A stretch of DNA of 64,000 nt. It comes from Eledone cirrhosa. Lineage: Eukaryota. The notes beneath the pieces are model-generated. The model saw nothing but the letters and a program-made list of their open reading frames with translations, was not told the DNA's origin and searched no databases. The stretch covers positions 204,972,001-205,036,000 of the forward strand of contig OZ024740.1 of the NCBI GenBank assembly GCA_964016885.1. Direction: 5' to 3'. How positions within the stretch are numbered: position 1 is the first letter of the stretch; each line of letters starts with the position of its first letter. This document shows positions 24,713 to 37,124 of this stretch, one piece after another. The position numbers and the translations under genes were made by a program.

Positions 24713-25604
24713 TCCTAAATTCCTCTTAAATAAAATAATTAAAACGAAAGTAAGAGAAATGAAACAGTGGACAACGAAGGTTGACCCAAACAATTCTATT
24801 GTTAGTTAGAGATGGGTAAAAATAATGATACTATTTTATTGAGAAACACACCTAGGATTTGGTAAGTTCTTGCAGATAAACAGAAGGGGAAACTCTATAA
24901 AATTGGCATGGTTTTAACAGAATAGCATCCTTTCAATCGGATAGGCGCCATCTTGCTTGAAAAACTATATAGTCATTCCTATCAGATATGAAAATCAAAA
25001 TCAAAACTTAAAATGACAATTAAAAATGAAATTTCAAAAACACTGAAAGCTAGTAACGTTAAAAATGTTCCATAGAAACGTCTGGTCAACGCTTTTGGGA
25101 TAAAAAAAATGTATTGACTACACGGTAAAAATGTAAACAGAAATCGTTTCCGATCGTAAAACATGCCACCACCTGACAGTATTGAAAGACTGAGGGAGAA
25201 AGAAAAGAAAAAGACCTTTCGGTATATTTTAGAATTTTGAAATAAGAAAAAATAGCATCAAAGTACTGACTGATTTGTACGCGATCATTTCAGTACACCA
25301 GGACAATGTTCTAAGTTAAATTATGTTTTAATATTTATCTATACTGGAAACTGTTAGTTGTTCTCAGACTCAACGGCCCTTATCAGGAAATGGGTTATAT
25401 TAAAGTATAAAACAATCAAGCGAAAATGTATTAAATATACTATGTACGTCTGAATACGAAGTAAAACATACGGATGAGTGCAAGTTTTATTTATATTTCA
25501 CTACCATCTACATTTTCCTAACCATTAATGGATGGACCCAAGCGTTCGACTGTGGGCGTTGGAATTTGACAGAAATTATTTGACAGAAATAATGTGACAC
25601 TTAC

Positions 25605-25717
25605 TTGATGGCTTTTAACCATTTATTTTTGTCCATTTCTGCCGTTGGAAATCGATAGAAAGATAAATCACAGTTCTCACTCCTGTTATTACATTGTGGG
25701 ACGCAACATTGAGGCAT
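25605..25717 (-). CDS. THAP domain-containing protein, exon 1 (MPQCCVPQCNNRSENCDLSFYRFPTAEMDKNKWLKAIK)
   Basis: ATG at 25717 in aacATG context. MPxCCVPxC...SFYRFP...W THAP N-terminal signature. Donor AA|gtaagt, phase 2. Confidence 0.88.
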
Positions 25718-25769
25718 GTTACTCTATTTTCGTTTCAAAATAATCAATTTTTGTTTTAATAGTAAACTG

Positions 25770-25810
25770 AGTAAATGGACCCGGAAATACCGGCAACTTC
25801 CTAAAAAGTA
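25770..25810. promoter_or_regulatory. Putative THAP-gene promoter with ETS-like motifs in a CpG-retaining region
   Basis: cccggaaat, accggc and acttcc lie 60-85 bp upstream of the ATG. CpGs are locally frequent over ~24700-26100. Confidence 0.35.
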
Positions 25811-26280
25811 TCTCTCATAATATTTATCCGCATGTCATTTTTTTTCAAACGGTGATATCAATATAAAAAGAAATTATAGTGATATTTTTATTTATGTTTT
25901 TGTATGGTAAAATTCTGAAAAAATTTTTTTAATTATTACAATTAATCTATTAAATTAAGAGAAGGAAAAAAATACCGATTATAAGTTCAGCTGAAATTAA
26001 AATAAACCGAAACTTAGATCAACAAGTTTCCACTTGACTTCATAACTGACATAATTGATTTCACAGACGCACTGACGGAGAGGCAGACACAGGACATAAT
26101 TACAAAGAGTTACAAACAACTAATTCACAGCATTCTCAATATACACAGGAGACAAAAGAAAGCAAATTAATGCAGACATAATTAGAGTAGTCACAGTGGG
26201 AAAAATTACATTTTATTTAAAGGATCTACAATTTTCTGTTTTATTTAAGAAACCCTAATAAAATACAAATATGCTGACAA

Positions 26281-26384
26281 TACACCGGGTGTTCCAAAAA
26301 ATGTATACACATTTAGACAGCATTCTAATAAATATTGCCTATACAGGTAATCAAAGTATGTATACATTTTTGGGGGACACCCTG
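26281..26384. mobile_element. Tc1/mariner-type MITE (~100 bp)
   Basis: TIRs c(c)gggtgttccaaaaaatgtatac / gtatacatttttgggggacaccctg, with a TA at the left end. Confidence 0.65.
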
Positions 26385-26543
26385 CAGAGTTTGAAATTAC
26401 AAACACAAATGCCACAGCTGTCCAAAATCAACACATACACACATATATCTCTATTACTTAATTAATATTTCACATGAAAATATAGAATCAAAAAGAAGGA
26501 AAATATTAAGTCAACACTAAGAGTATCAATCAGTCACACACTA

Positions 26544-28780
26544 CTAAGGGTACTGGAGCCTTTCTTTAACACTTTTTGAGGCAAGCCAACACACTGGCAA
26601 TGTTACCCCAGGTGATAGCAAGGCTAAGGTGCTAAAAAACAACCAGGCACCCTCACAGGCATCACCTGATACCTCGGTAAGGCAAGCCACCAACAATGAC
26701 AAAAACTTTGTTGTCAGTGGACCAGCTCCTCCAAATGCCTCAAATGCTATAGGCTGGAAAAAATAGTTTGTTGATAATTCCTGGTATTTAAAAATTTTAT
26801 TCTGTTTGACTACAGAAGCAGTGACCCTCACTTTTACTCCAGCATCCAAGATGTGGCATCCCAAATGAGACATCTACTTCTTAGCAAGGGATAAAGAGTA
26901 AGACACTCTGGTCTCTTCCCATCAAGTTTGAACAATCCAGCTGGCTTCTGAATTGAGGGGATATTTACTCAAGCCAGGGCCCACTTAATAATTAGGTTTA
27001 ACTCGTTATGGTGAGTAAAACGACCAACATTCAGGTGGTATGACAAACCATAGTGACCTGTGGAGTCGAGGGCCTACCACAATGACATTTCAGTCCTCAT
27101 CAGACATTGGTTCCCAATGCAATAGAGATGCAGATCACATCCAGATTGAGTAGGCCACTGATGTTGGCTATGGGCAAGGCATCAACCTAGTCCCGCAAGA
27201 ATTTTGCTCTTGTAGAAAATAGGTGACACCTTAAAAATTGATCAGATTGATCAAAGAGAGAATGGAAGGTTTCTCTCAAATGCAGATTATCCCAAACTCT
27301 CTGCTTCAGTCTATTCTCCTCTGTATCAGGAACTGACAAACATAGCTCCATCCACTGTAGTAGAGCTGCATCCATCTCCCTATTGGAATTAGTCCATGTT
27401 GGAAAGGAAAGGATGTTACCTACTAAAGAGGAGCAAGCATGGATGGAGGAAAGAAAGCAGGGAAGAGACAAGCATTTACACAAACCTAGCCCCCAAATTG
27501 TTTGGGGAGAGAGTTTGATGTTGACCAAGCATTCACGTTTACCAAAGATCAGGTCATCAAAGCATTGGAGAGAGAGATGATGAGAATCTATAGGAGGGAC
27601 TAATTCTGAACATATAAAATAACTTAGGAATCCACAGGTAATTCCTAAGTATAAAAAACCTTGATGAGGCTCAATTGCTTCAATGTTTTTTAGTTGCTTG
27701 AAATTTACCATCTTGGTTAAAAAGGTGTGTTTAAAAGCTAGATCACTAATTGGGGCTCCTAGGGATCACCATACTGATGAGGGTGGGGGGACTGCGATAG
27801 AGGGGAAGGATTCTGTAAACAGGCCTACAGTCGGCTAATGTGGAGCTGGGTGGTTGAGGAGCCAGAGCTCGTATTTGGAGCTGTTGATATGGAGGCTTCT
27901 ATGACCAAGATCCTCAATCAACGTCTGCACAGTGGCAAAATATGGAGGAACCTCAAACAAACATCAAGATACCAGACATTTAAATCCAAGTTAGCCCCTA
28001 TCTTAGTAACATCATCGATGTCTAGAACAAATAGAGAAGGTTGAAGTGGATCATCTTGTTGGACTCTGAGGCAGATAGGATGAAATGGTCACTAAAGCAA
28101 AGTAGTAGAGCTATGGGGCCTTCTCCTTTACTAAGAAGAGGGTGATATCAAGTTTGAGGATAACCTCGGGGACCCCAGAAAACAGGTTGCTAAAAGCTCT
28201 TATATTGTGGATGGCTGCTTCACAACCTAGCGGAAAATTCTGCAGACAGGCAGTCCAAAACCAATGACAGACACACCTTTGCTGTTAGCTGTTGCAGAGT
28301 GCACCCAACTGCAATGGGGTGGAGGTCAACATTGGGCTTTGTGAGACCAAATAATTTAGCCCCAAAGAACAAGGGTCGAACATAGGGGAGGACACTCTTA
28401 GATGAGAATATATTGACAAACTGGGTCAGATTCTCCATGAGATTGAGTCTGGAATCACTGGCTGATTGGGAGATACCATCCATAAGCTGCTGGGGTCAAA
28501 GGCCATCAATCCCTGCAGGAAAATATGCAATTGCCTTCCTGATGTTATCCAAGGTGAAAACTGATTGTAAATAACTTAGTGAGTCAGGCCAGTGTAAACA
28601 ATTTTCTGGAGGGGTCAGAGAATGGTTCTTTCTCAATCATTCAGGAGAGCATGTATTTCACTGGACGAGAGAGAAGAGAGGAGGTGAACAACCCTTTTAA
28701 TGTCAAATTCATTTAATTTGACATTGACAGCTTTCTTTAAGTTTAGCGATCATTCAAGGTTAGGAGCTGCACTAATTACT
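26544..28780 (-). mobile_element. Decayed CRE-clade non-LTR retrotransposon (RT, zinc knuckle, restriction-like endonuclease)
   Basis: PIAVGCTLQQLTAK (RPIAVGxxLRRL), VQQDDPL (QQGDPL), H..VGRFTHHNELN knuckle region, FQPIAFEAFGG and RGN-type C-terminus. Many stops and frameshifts. Confidence 0.8.
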
Positions 28781-30626
28781 GACCTGAGATCGGGTATTAG
28801 TATTGCCTGAAAGATAAGCAAGACTAGCAGATATAGCATCTCTAACACCTATGCTAGAGTAGGCTTTGAAACCTTAGGTAGCATGCAACTGTGTTGAGAA
28901 TTTATTTATAATAATATACTTTAGCTCTGTACTTAACATAGAGCGCTCTTTTTCCTTTATCTTGTCTATGGAAACTTTTAACATTACATACCCACATGTA
29001 GTAGCTGTTAGAAATTATTGTTTATATTTGTAATTTGGTTGGTCAGTTGTTCATTGTAGTGTGGCAGAAATTGTAATAGTGATTGTTGGCTTGATGGGCA
29101 ATTTCATGATTTGCTCTGTCCCATATAAAACGGTGAGTGAATATTTCTGACTTATTACACATGAATTGTGTTTATGTTTCAGTGAGCCATAGTTGAAAAT
29201 AAAATAGGCAATAGCACTAGTCAATGAACAATAACAAAGGCTGCTACTTTAATAATTTCTATTAAGAAATAACTTGTGTTGAAGTTATAACACAGAAAAA
29301 AACAACCAAGAGCCACAGTATTTTGTGTATTATGTTTGGTGTGGATGCTGAATTAGTAGTTTGAAATGTTGTATGGAACTAACTTTGGTTGGAATCGAAC
29401 AGGAGTGTGACTGTCTTGGCTCACTGGCTAAAAGGGTTGAAGTGAGTCTGTTAGCAAACTATATCATTCTGATCTCTGTCATGAAGTGAACTGAACTGTT
29501 TGTTGGACAGCCAAGAACAGACTATTTATGAGAATTCTGTTGTTATTGACAATAAGCAGAGGCACTGCTTGTTGTGGTGTGTAATTTAGAGTGCATGTCT
29601 TTGGAATGTTAGCTTCAACAATGGAAAGATACATTTTGGTTAATTCTAAATTCCAAAATATACTTTGTTAATTTATAACTGATTTTGACATCTTCATCAC
29701 TTATTCCTGAGAGGGTCATGTAGGCAGAGTCCTGTCAGAAGCAACTGATCTGGCTGGATCTCCAAGCAAGACCAGCCAAGCCCATGTTAACCAACCATTT
29801 TGCTCAGGGTCTCTTGCCAGTTGGTTTTTCCCCATAAAATCTGTCCAGCAATTCTTCCCCCCCCCCCCCCCCCCCCCGAGACATTCTAACCACATCCCAT
29901 AGTATCAGAGCTGTGATCTCTCAATTCAGAGAAGTAACCTTGAGTGACTCTCTGAGCTATACACTCTATTGAGTAACATAGACCCTTCAGAGGAACCCCA
30001 TTTTGGCCATTTGTATGCTTTGACAACATAAATTACAAAGTACTTAATACAAAGTGTGTTTCAATTTTTGTATTATGTCATCATCATCATCATTTAAAAT
30101 CTATCTTCTCTGCTAGCAAGAGTTGGATGAGTCTTCACAGACCCAGTCAGTACTCAAGTGGAGCTACTGATCTGGGCCAGGGGTCTAATTTCATTTACAC
30201 ACGTTCCTATGCTCTACCGGTGCATTTTATCATGGCATCAGCACTAGGGAAGGTATTGTGTCTTTGACATAGCTGAAAGCTATTGCGATTCTTTGTTTAG
30301 CAGGATTTCTACAAATAGTTGCCCTTCCTATTACCAAACACTTTACAGTGTACTGGGTGTGTTTATCATGTAGATCATCAAACACTAGGGAAGTTGTCAT
30401 GTTTTTGACACAACTGAAGAGTCCTTATTATTAATAGTGACTGTTTTCTTCGAAATTTTGTTAAAGCTACCTACTTTTTTCTAAACAGGTTTTGAAAAGA
30501 AGGTAACTTCAGCAAAACTTCCATTCCAAAGATAGTATGTAATGAGCATGATTGGACAGTCTGACCAGCCTGGTCTTGGACTGACAACCTATCTAACCCA
30601 TGCCAGTGTGGAAAGTGGACATAAAA

Positions 30627-30801
30627 TAATTGTTTCTACTTTTGGCACAAGGCCAGCAATTATCCCAGGGTATTAGTGGTACTTTATTTTATCGACCCCA
30701 TAAGGATGAAAGGCAAAGTTAACCTCGGCAGGATTTGAACTTAGTCCGTAAAGGGACGTAACTGTGCTGCAAAGCATGGCGTCCGACCCTCTACCGATAC
30801 T
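30627..30801 (-). mobile_element. tRNA-derived SINE family 1
   Basis: Reverse complement of the 14271 copy. Confidence 0.85.
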
Positions 30802-31254
30802 GGGGAATAGTTTTAATATATTTCTGTAATAATTACAAAAAGGTTGTATATACATATTTAAAAATGTGACGTAAATTGCACATGCTTTGAAAAAAATGTT
30901 AGAAGATAAAGAAATTAAAACTGGTTAGCCGAACATGTTGGTCTCACCTGTGGCAATGATGCAGAGGTGTTGGTTTGACTTTAGAGGGATACTCCAGCGC
31001 CCCTTATGGAGCATGTCTTTTAACACGTTTTCTATTTTATTTTTGGTAAATTGTGTTTATTTGTATGCATAATTATATGAAATATAAAAATTATATAACT
31101 GTAAAATACATTATTTATTGGAACTGATAATGTCAGTGTCATGGTAAGAGTTAACAATGATGTCTGTCAGAAATTAAATGGTTCCATCATTACATCTGCT
31201 TAGATGAGTGTGAGTGTGCCATTAGCAGTATTATATCCATGTGTTGAATATGAA

Positions 31255-31830
31255 ATAATGAAAATATTGTGTACAGTGCTCAGGTGCACTACAACTCATC
31301 AAAAAGTGTATGTATAGTACATAGGGTAATGTACAAACGTCAGGAAAATGAACAGTACACGAGGCATGTGTATGGAAGGGTGTAGTTTTGGCGAATTTCG
31401 GGAAGCATGGAAGTTTTAAAGGATGCAGTGTCTCAGCAGCTAACAACTGACGCAGGCAGTTTGTTCCATGCTTCAGCAACTCTAAGCGTGAAAAAACTTT
31501 CCGAAAGTCATGGGAGCTGTTTTCTGATTTTGTAGGCATGTCCATGTGTTAGACACATGGAGATCAAAAAGGTGCTCAGGGTTGTTGTTGGCGAGATGGT
31601 TAATAACTTTGTGGGTGTTTACCAAGTCCATTGCCAGACGTCGGAGCTTCAATGAATCCATGCCCAGGGAAGCAAGGCGTTCAGAGTATGCACTTGGTTG
31701 CACATTTCTGAACAGTTTTCAGGAGGTCAATGTTCTAAGCAAGATAGAATTCACATCATCAGTCTGGAACCCCTAAGTGTGGTCGTACCATAGCTGTATG
31801 CAGCTTTAAATAGATCTCTCTAGAAATTTA
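31255..31830 (-). mobile_element. CR1/L2-like LINE 3' end
   Basis: YSERLASLGMDSLKLRRLAMDLVNTHKVIN is a typical CR1-group ORF2 C-terminus. Confidence 0.8.
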
Positions 31831-32098
31831 GTAGTAGAAACCTAGTGGTTTAAACACTGTTCAAAGATGTGCTTTTCTATTAATGATAAAGTACCACTGA
31901 AGATTTTAAATATATAATAGAATGAGATGGTTCTCAAATCCTTAGATAGAATTTTGAATCAGTGATTTGAAATACAAAATACTTCAAATACTAGATATGT
32001 TTTATTGGTCAGTGTGGTTCTCAGATTATGCTTTGTTATAATTTTACATCACGATTAAAAAGTTAACCCTTCTGATCCAAACCACTCCTGGTTTAAAT

Positions 32099-32351
32099 CA
32101 GTGATTCTCAATGTGGTCCAGGTGGTCCACAGAGAATTTGTAGCCATTTCACAAAAATGTAACTAATATATTTTGTTTAATTACACACGTCCATTATATT
32201 TGAAAATTTAGAGATCACAGCTCTGATACTATGGGTATGTGGTTAGAATGTCTCTAGCAGTTCTATTACAAAAGATTTAAAAGTTTAGGTGGTCCACAGG
32301 AAAAAATTACTTATTTTGGTGGTCCACAGCGAAAAAAAGTGAGAAGCCCTG
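32099..32351. mobile_element. hAT-type MITE with an 8-bp TSD
   Basis: TIRs CAGTGATTCTCA / TGAGAAGCCCTG. TSD gtttaaat at 32091-32098 and 32352-32359. Internal ggtggtccac repeats. Confidence 0.85.
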
Positions 32352-32385
32352 GTTTAAATGATGCAAAGCTATTTGTTTCAAAGTG

Positions 32386-32510
32386 CTCAAATTTAATGCA
32401 AACATACACTAGAAGGATTCAATAATTTAGATTTGCGAGGTGCTGACTCAAATTTAGTGCAAACATACACTAGAAGGATTCAATAATTTAGATTTGCGAG
32501 GTGCTGATTC
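32386..32510. repeat. 61-bp tandem duplication
   Basis: ctcaaattta(a/g)tgcaaacatacactagaagg...gaggtgctga occurs twice. Confidence 0.9.
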
Positions 32511-32569
32511 AGATATATTGATAAAAGCTTCATTTTTATGTTTTCTTAAAATTAAATAACTAGCATTTT

Positions 32570-33180
32570 CACTATGCCAGATGCTTTTAGCATCTCAGTG
32601 ATTATGACCAGCAGCTTTTCCTATCTTCATGTCCTTAATTGCTTTATCTATCATACTGCTGTCAATTCAGTCGGCCCTCACCGTCTCTCCTAATTCTTTT
32701 TTTTCGGCATCAGACAAGGAAAGTGCTCCAATATCATTTCAGACACTTTAATACAACCACATCATGACTTTCTGTAGTATACTGTCTCACAATCCTGAAC
32801 ATGTGCAAACTTCCTCTCCCCTTTGTTCCTTTTATTTAAATGGCTCATCAGCATGTCACCTTGTCTTAGTCGGACCTAGCGCCTTCCTTACTCTCATATG
32901 TCAAGAAAGATTTCTCTAAATTTACCTAGAGAGTCCTCACAGCTTCTAAGTCTTCCTTCTCCAGACTGGCTTTTATCTGTCCACTTAGCCCTAGCCCTTA
33001 CTCTAAGGTCACTGACAACTAATCCATATTGGTAGGTACATTCCTCCACAGGAAAGGACTTGGTATTTACAACCATTTGCTTGTCTCATTTCTTGGTGAG
33101 GATGAAGTCTATTTTGCTTGTATGCTCCCCTGAATGGTAGGTAATGTGGTTTCTTGAAGTTTGTGTTACAGATCATTATT
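32570..33180 (-). mobile_element. RTE LINE fragments (endonuclease and linker)
   Basis: SKIDFILT and KSFPVEECTYQYGLVVSDLR; similar to the 830-2420 family. Confidence 0.65.
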
Positions 33181-33214
33181 TCAAGATAGATAAAAATTAG
33201 ATTTCATCATTTGG

Positions 33215-33401
33215 TGCAGAGCATCAGACACCATGTTACGACCCTTTACGTTTTGGGTTCAAATCCCGCTGGGGTTAGCTTCGCCTTTCATCCTTATGGG
33301 GGTCAATAAAATAATGTACCAGCTATGCACTGAAATTGATTTAATCGACTTACCTCCCCTCCACAAAATTGCTGGCCATGTGCCTAAACCAGAAACCATT
33401 A
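33215..33401 (+). mobile_element. tRNA-derived SINE family 1 variant
   Basis: gggttcaaatccc B-box plus the shared body. Confidence 0.75.
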
Positions 33402-33747
33402 TTTGGTATAATTCGAAGCCATAAATTTCCATAAGGTGACTGTGTACTATTTCTTATAAAAATACATAAACAATTTGGCCCACATGTAAAAATTATTTTG
33501 TCTTTTGCTCATGGTTCATTTCTTTAGACCCACATCTCACCTGGTCATCAGTCTGCATAAATTCCTATTTGGAGTTAGGAGTTATTGCCCTTTTAAATAT
33601 TTAAGAGGACCACATGGTCTATAACAAATTTCTACAGCTGGATATTCTTCCAAACACTATAGAGGTCGTCCTCTACAAAGTTAGCCCATAACATCCTGTA
33701 ATGTAATAATTGAGCAGAAAATACCTCATCTAAAATGGCTTTGTTAA

Positions 33748-33928
33748 CCCATTAGCATTTAAACCGGCTGTATCTGGCCAGAATTCTCTCACCCCTTTCT
33801 GTTCAAATTGGCTGCTCATACCAATGTTATGGTATTGTTCTCAAATTCCCATAGATTCAATATTCTGTGCGATAAAGCCTTTAATGCAAAAATACAATAG
33901 TAAATAGGGTAATGTAAATGCTAAAGGG
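33748..33928. mobile_element. piggyBac MITE family A
   Basis: TTAA|CCCATTAGCATTT...AAATGCTAAAGGG|TTAA. Confidence 0.88.
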
Positions 33929-34249
33929 TTAAATCAAATGTATACTATTGGATAAATTGTGAAAATTTGCAGTATTAGCATAACGACTTTCAATGTGATG
34001 AGGTCGCTGGTGTTTTATATATTTCAAGAATGTCTTGCTAATGCAGTACAGTTATTAAGCAAAGGACTTCTGTTTCAATTAATTTTAAAATGAAATTCAT
34101 GAACTGTCCTGATGAGACCACCAAAACACTGGAATATGTCCAGAAGCAATAAAGGCATTCATACTGGATAACAAGGGACACATTCAGGTTTGTTTGAAAA
34201 ATATAGTCTCCATCCAACACTATTAGAACCGGCATGTGACCTGTCATGA

Positions 34250-36460
34250 GAGGTGTGGGATGGATATACTAAAGTTACGAATCCAAAGGGGGGTTTAGAG
34301 AGGAGCAGGCCAGGTGCTCCCAGCTAGATACAGTTGGGTTTCCTCAGCTAAGCTCTGTAGATTTGGACAGAGAATGGAAACTCCACTATTCAGGTGTGGT
34401 GCCAGAAATGGGGATATTCACATGCCTCAGACTGTCAGAATGCGTCATGGACTGGATTCCATTGGGAGGGAAGATTTGTCTCTTGAAGGTAAAGCCGAAC
34501 AAAATGTCTGTGGGTGGCGCAATTTTATGCAAAGTCCAAATACAGATCCTTTCTTGTAGTCACTGCAGCGTTAGTCTTAACTACTTCTAACGCTACAGTG
34601 AGCCATATATCATAATAGATTTCAACGCACGTTGACAGTGACATAGAAAGTAATGGCTCTGTATTATGAACACCATAAATAAGAGGAATCAGGGATCAAT
34701 GATTGATTTTGCACTGGATGTCCATGTTAATAGAGGGACTGAGCTGTCAACTGATTACCTTGTAATTATCTGCAACCTGAAACTGTCTAAAGCCAAAGAA
34801 ACCTACAAAACTGGTCCAGCTTGACCTACAGAATAGCAGGGAGCATTGGCTCATGAAGTCAGGACTACGTATGCAGACACTATTGCATCCAAATTCAGAA
34901 GCTACTAACTGCTGTGGTGCCATGTGGACTTTTAGGTTCAAAGGTGCCTTACAAATAAGACCTCCTTCTTGCACTTGCAGTACAAACAGGCCTGAACTGG
35001 AATCCAATATCAGATCAGCAAATAAAGTATTCTGGCAGATCATCCACCAACTTTGCAATAAGAAGTTCCTCTCTGTGCTTGCTATCCGGAATGCATCTGA
35101 GGTTCTCTCATCAGAGAGGTACATCCTCGCAAGGTAGAGAGAATACTTTGCTATCTCCTAAACCTGGTCACAAGAGCAATTAAAGAGCTCAAATGTGGTA
35201 AGGCCTCTGGGGAGGGTGAAATTCAGCCTAAGATGTTAAAAGTCTTAAGTAGAGAAGGTATTCTTTAGCTGTCTCATGTGTGCCAGGTGACCTGGATATC
35301 TGGGAAGGCACCTAAGTAATGGCAATCGAGAGTGATAAACCCAATTTTCAAAAGGGGAGATCGTTTCAATTACAGAGGGATCTCCTTGTTAAGCCTTCCC
35401 AGTAAAGTCAATGTTAATTTTCACTCTGGATGCAGCACAGCTGACGAAATATCCACAGTGGCAGAAATCAAGTGAATATTGCCAATAGGTGTATGCTTGT
35501 TTTGTAGACCTCAACAAGGCATATGACCACATTCCATGGAACCTATTGTAGAATGTTCTGTAGAAGTATGGGATCGATGGTCAGTTCCCTGATATCTCTA
35601 TATGAATACCTTAATATTTGTATTTGGATAAATGGTTCTAAGTTGAAACACTTCAGTGTCGGTCTCCGCCAAGGCTGCGTATATCCCCCGCTCCTGTTCA
35701 TAATCTTTATCAACAGGATTGGAAGGGCTATCAAGATGTGGTTGTAGAATCATTCAGCTGGAATTTGCAGATCATATGGTATCAAGTCAGGTGATATACG
35801 ACACACACTTCATAGGTTTACTGCTGAGCACTGCACAACAGGAATGAAAATCAGTGCTGCAAAGTGCAACATCATGATCACCATTGGAGTTCTACAGGAG
35901 CAGGTGGAGAAGTTCAAGTATCTGAGGGCTGAGTTCATGAGTGATGGCAGGCAAGAAGAAATGCACCGACTTCAGCATTCAGCATTCAGTCATCAAAAGA
36001 AGGGAGGTAGATGTAAAAGCCAAACTCGCTATCTTCAATTTGATATTCATGACAACCCTAACCTATGCTAATGAATCTTGTGTAATGACTCAAAGAATAT
36101 GATAGCAAATAGAAATGGCTGAAAAGGGATTCCCCTGAAGGGTCTTTGGAGTAACGTTACTCGCTCCAGATAGAGCCGCTACTTCCCAAATTGAGATCAC
36201 ACCTCCAATACTATAGGCACGTAGTTAGAATGTCACAGGAAAGAATCGCTGGACAGATTTTACGGGCAAAACCAACTGGCAGGAGACCCAGGGATAGACC
36301 TCAAGAATGATGGTTGGATAACATCCACGAGCTTGGTTGGTCTTGCCTGGAGATCAAGCTGGACAAATTGGAGATGGTTGCTTCTGACAGGACCAATTGG
36401 AAGGTGGGCTTCAGGACTTTGCCTGCACAACCCTCCCAGGAATAAGTGGGCCAAGAAATA
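34250..36460 (+). mobile_element. Decayed RTE-clade LINE spanning endonuclease to RT to 3' end
   Basis: WKLHYSGV, NYRGISLLSLP, CFVDLNKAYD, GLRQGCVYPPLLFIIF, VEKFKYL; 3' end aataagtgggccaagaaat. Confidence 0.85.
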
Positions 36461-36794
36461 ATATGATTGAAACTAGAAAAAGAAAAAAAATATATTCATA
36501 CATAATCAACAACAAGAAATCCTGCTTAGTGTTTATATTACAGATTCACCTGAAAGAAGCAAAAGATTTGTATGCTGGGATGGTGGAAACATTAGTGAAG
36601 ACTAAAAAAGAAATATTTTGGTACAGTTCAGCTGATTGGACCCCTTAGTTCCACCTTCTCAACAGTCCACTTGTGTTTGGTCCAATATAACCAAGGGGCA
36701 GCCAATTTATATTAATTTTTTTATAAAGTCAGTGTGTGTGTATATATGTATATCTTTTGAAAACTTCCACTATGAGATCTTCACTGGTGAGTCG

Positions 36795-37124
36795 TTAATT
36801 AAATCTGAAACGTTTCTTGGGTGGGGCTCCATGATTATCAAATCTATTATTATTATTATTTCTCCAGTCTGGTCTGCGACCTCTGTTAAATCCACCACCT
36901 CTTGAGTTCCTGTCACGTCCCCAGCCACCTCCATATCCACCACCGCCTCCTCCTCCTCCATAACCACCACCACCACCATAGCCCCCACGTCTTCCATTCC
37001 TCATTGAGTTATCTTCAATTAATTCTGGCAGTTCAGTTGCTTTTTCTAAAGACTCATGCTTTGAATCTAACCATTTCATTTCTAGAAGTCGCACCATATC
37101 TGCTGGGACATCTAGGACACCACC
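36795..37124 (-). CDS. DDX21: DDX21/DDX50-like nucleolar RNA helicase, terminal exon (end of GUCT domain, RGG/Gly-rich tail, PPKKRFRF)
   Basis: tttttag|GGT acceptor; GGVLDVP...LEKATELPEL...RGG repeats; stop at 36795. Confidence 0.9.
   Translation of the reverse strand, partial: GGVLDVPADMVRLLEMKWLDSKHESLEKATELPELIEDNSMRNGRRGGYGGGGGYGGGGGGGGYGGGWGRDRNSRGGGFNRGRRPDWRNNNNNRFDNHGAPPKKRFRFN

Noticed and set aside
29857-29877. Poly-C run as a G-quadruplex or regulatory element
   Set aside because: It is a homopolymer expansion inside a LINE relic, its length is unreliable, and there is no other support.
36544-36648. Possible + strand terminal exon convergent with DDX21
   Set aside because: There is an acceptor-like site, but no recognisable protein and no upstream exons could be linked. 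It more likely belongs to the DDX21 3' region.
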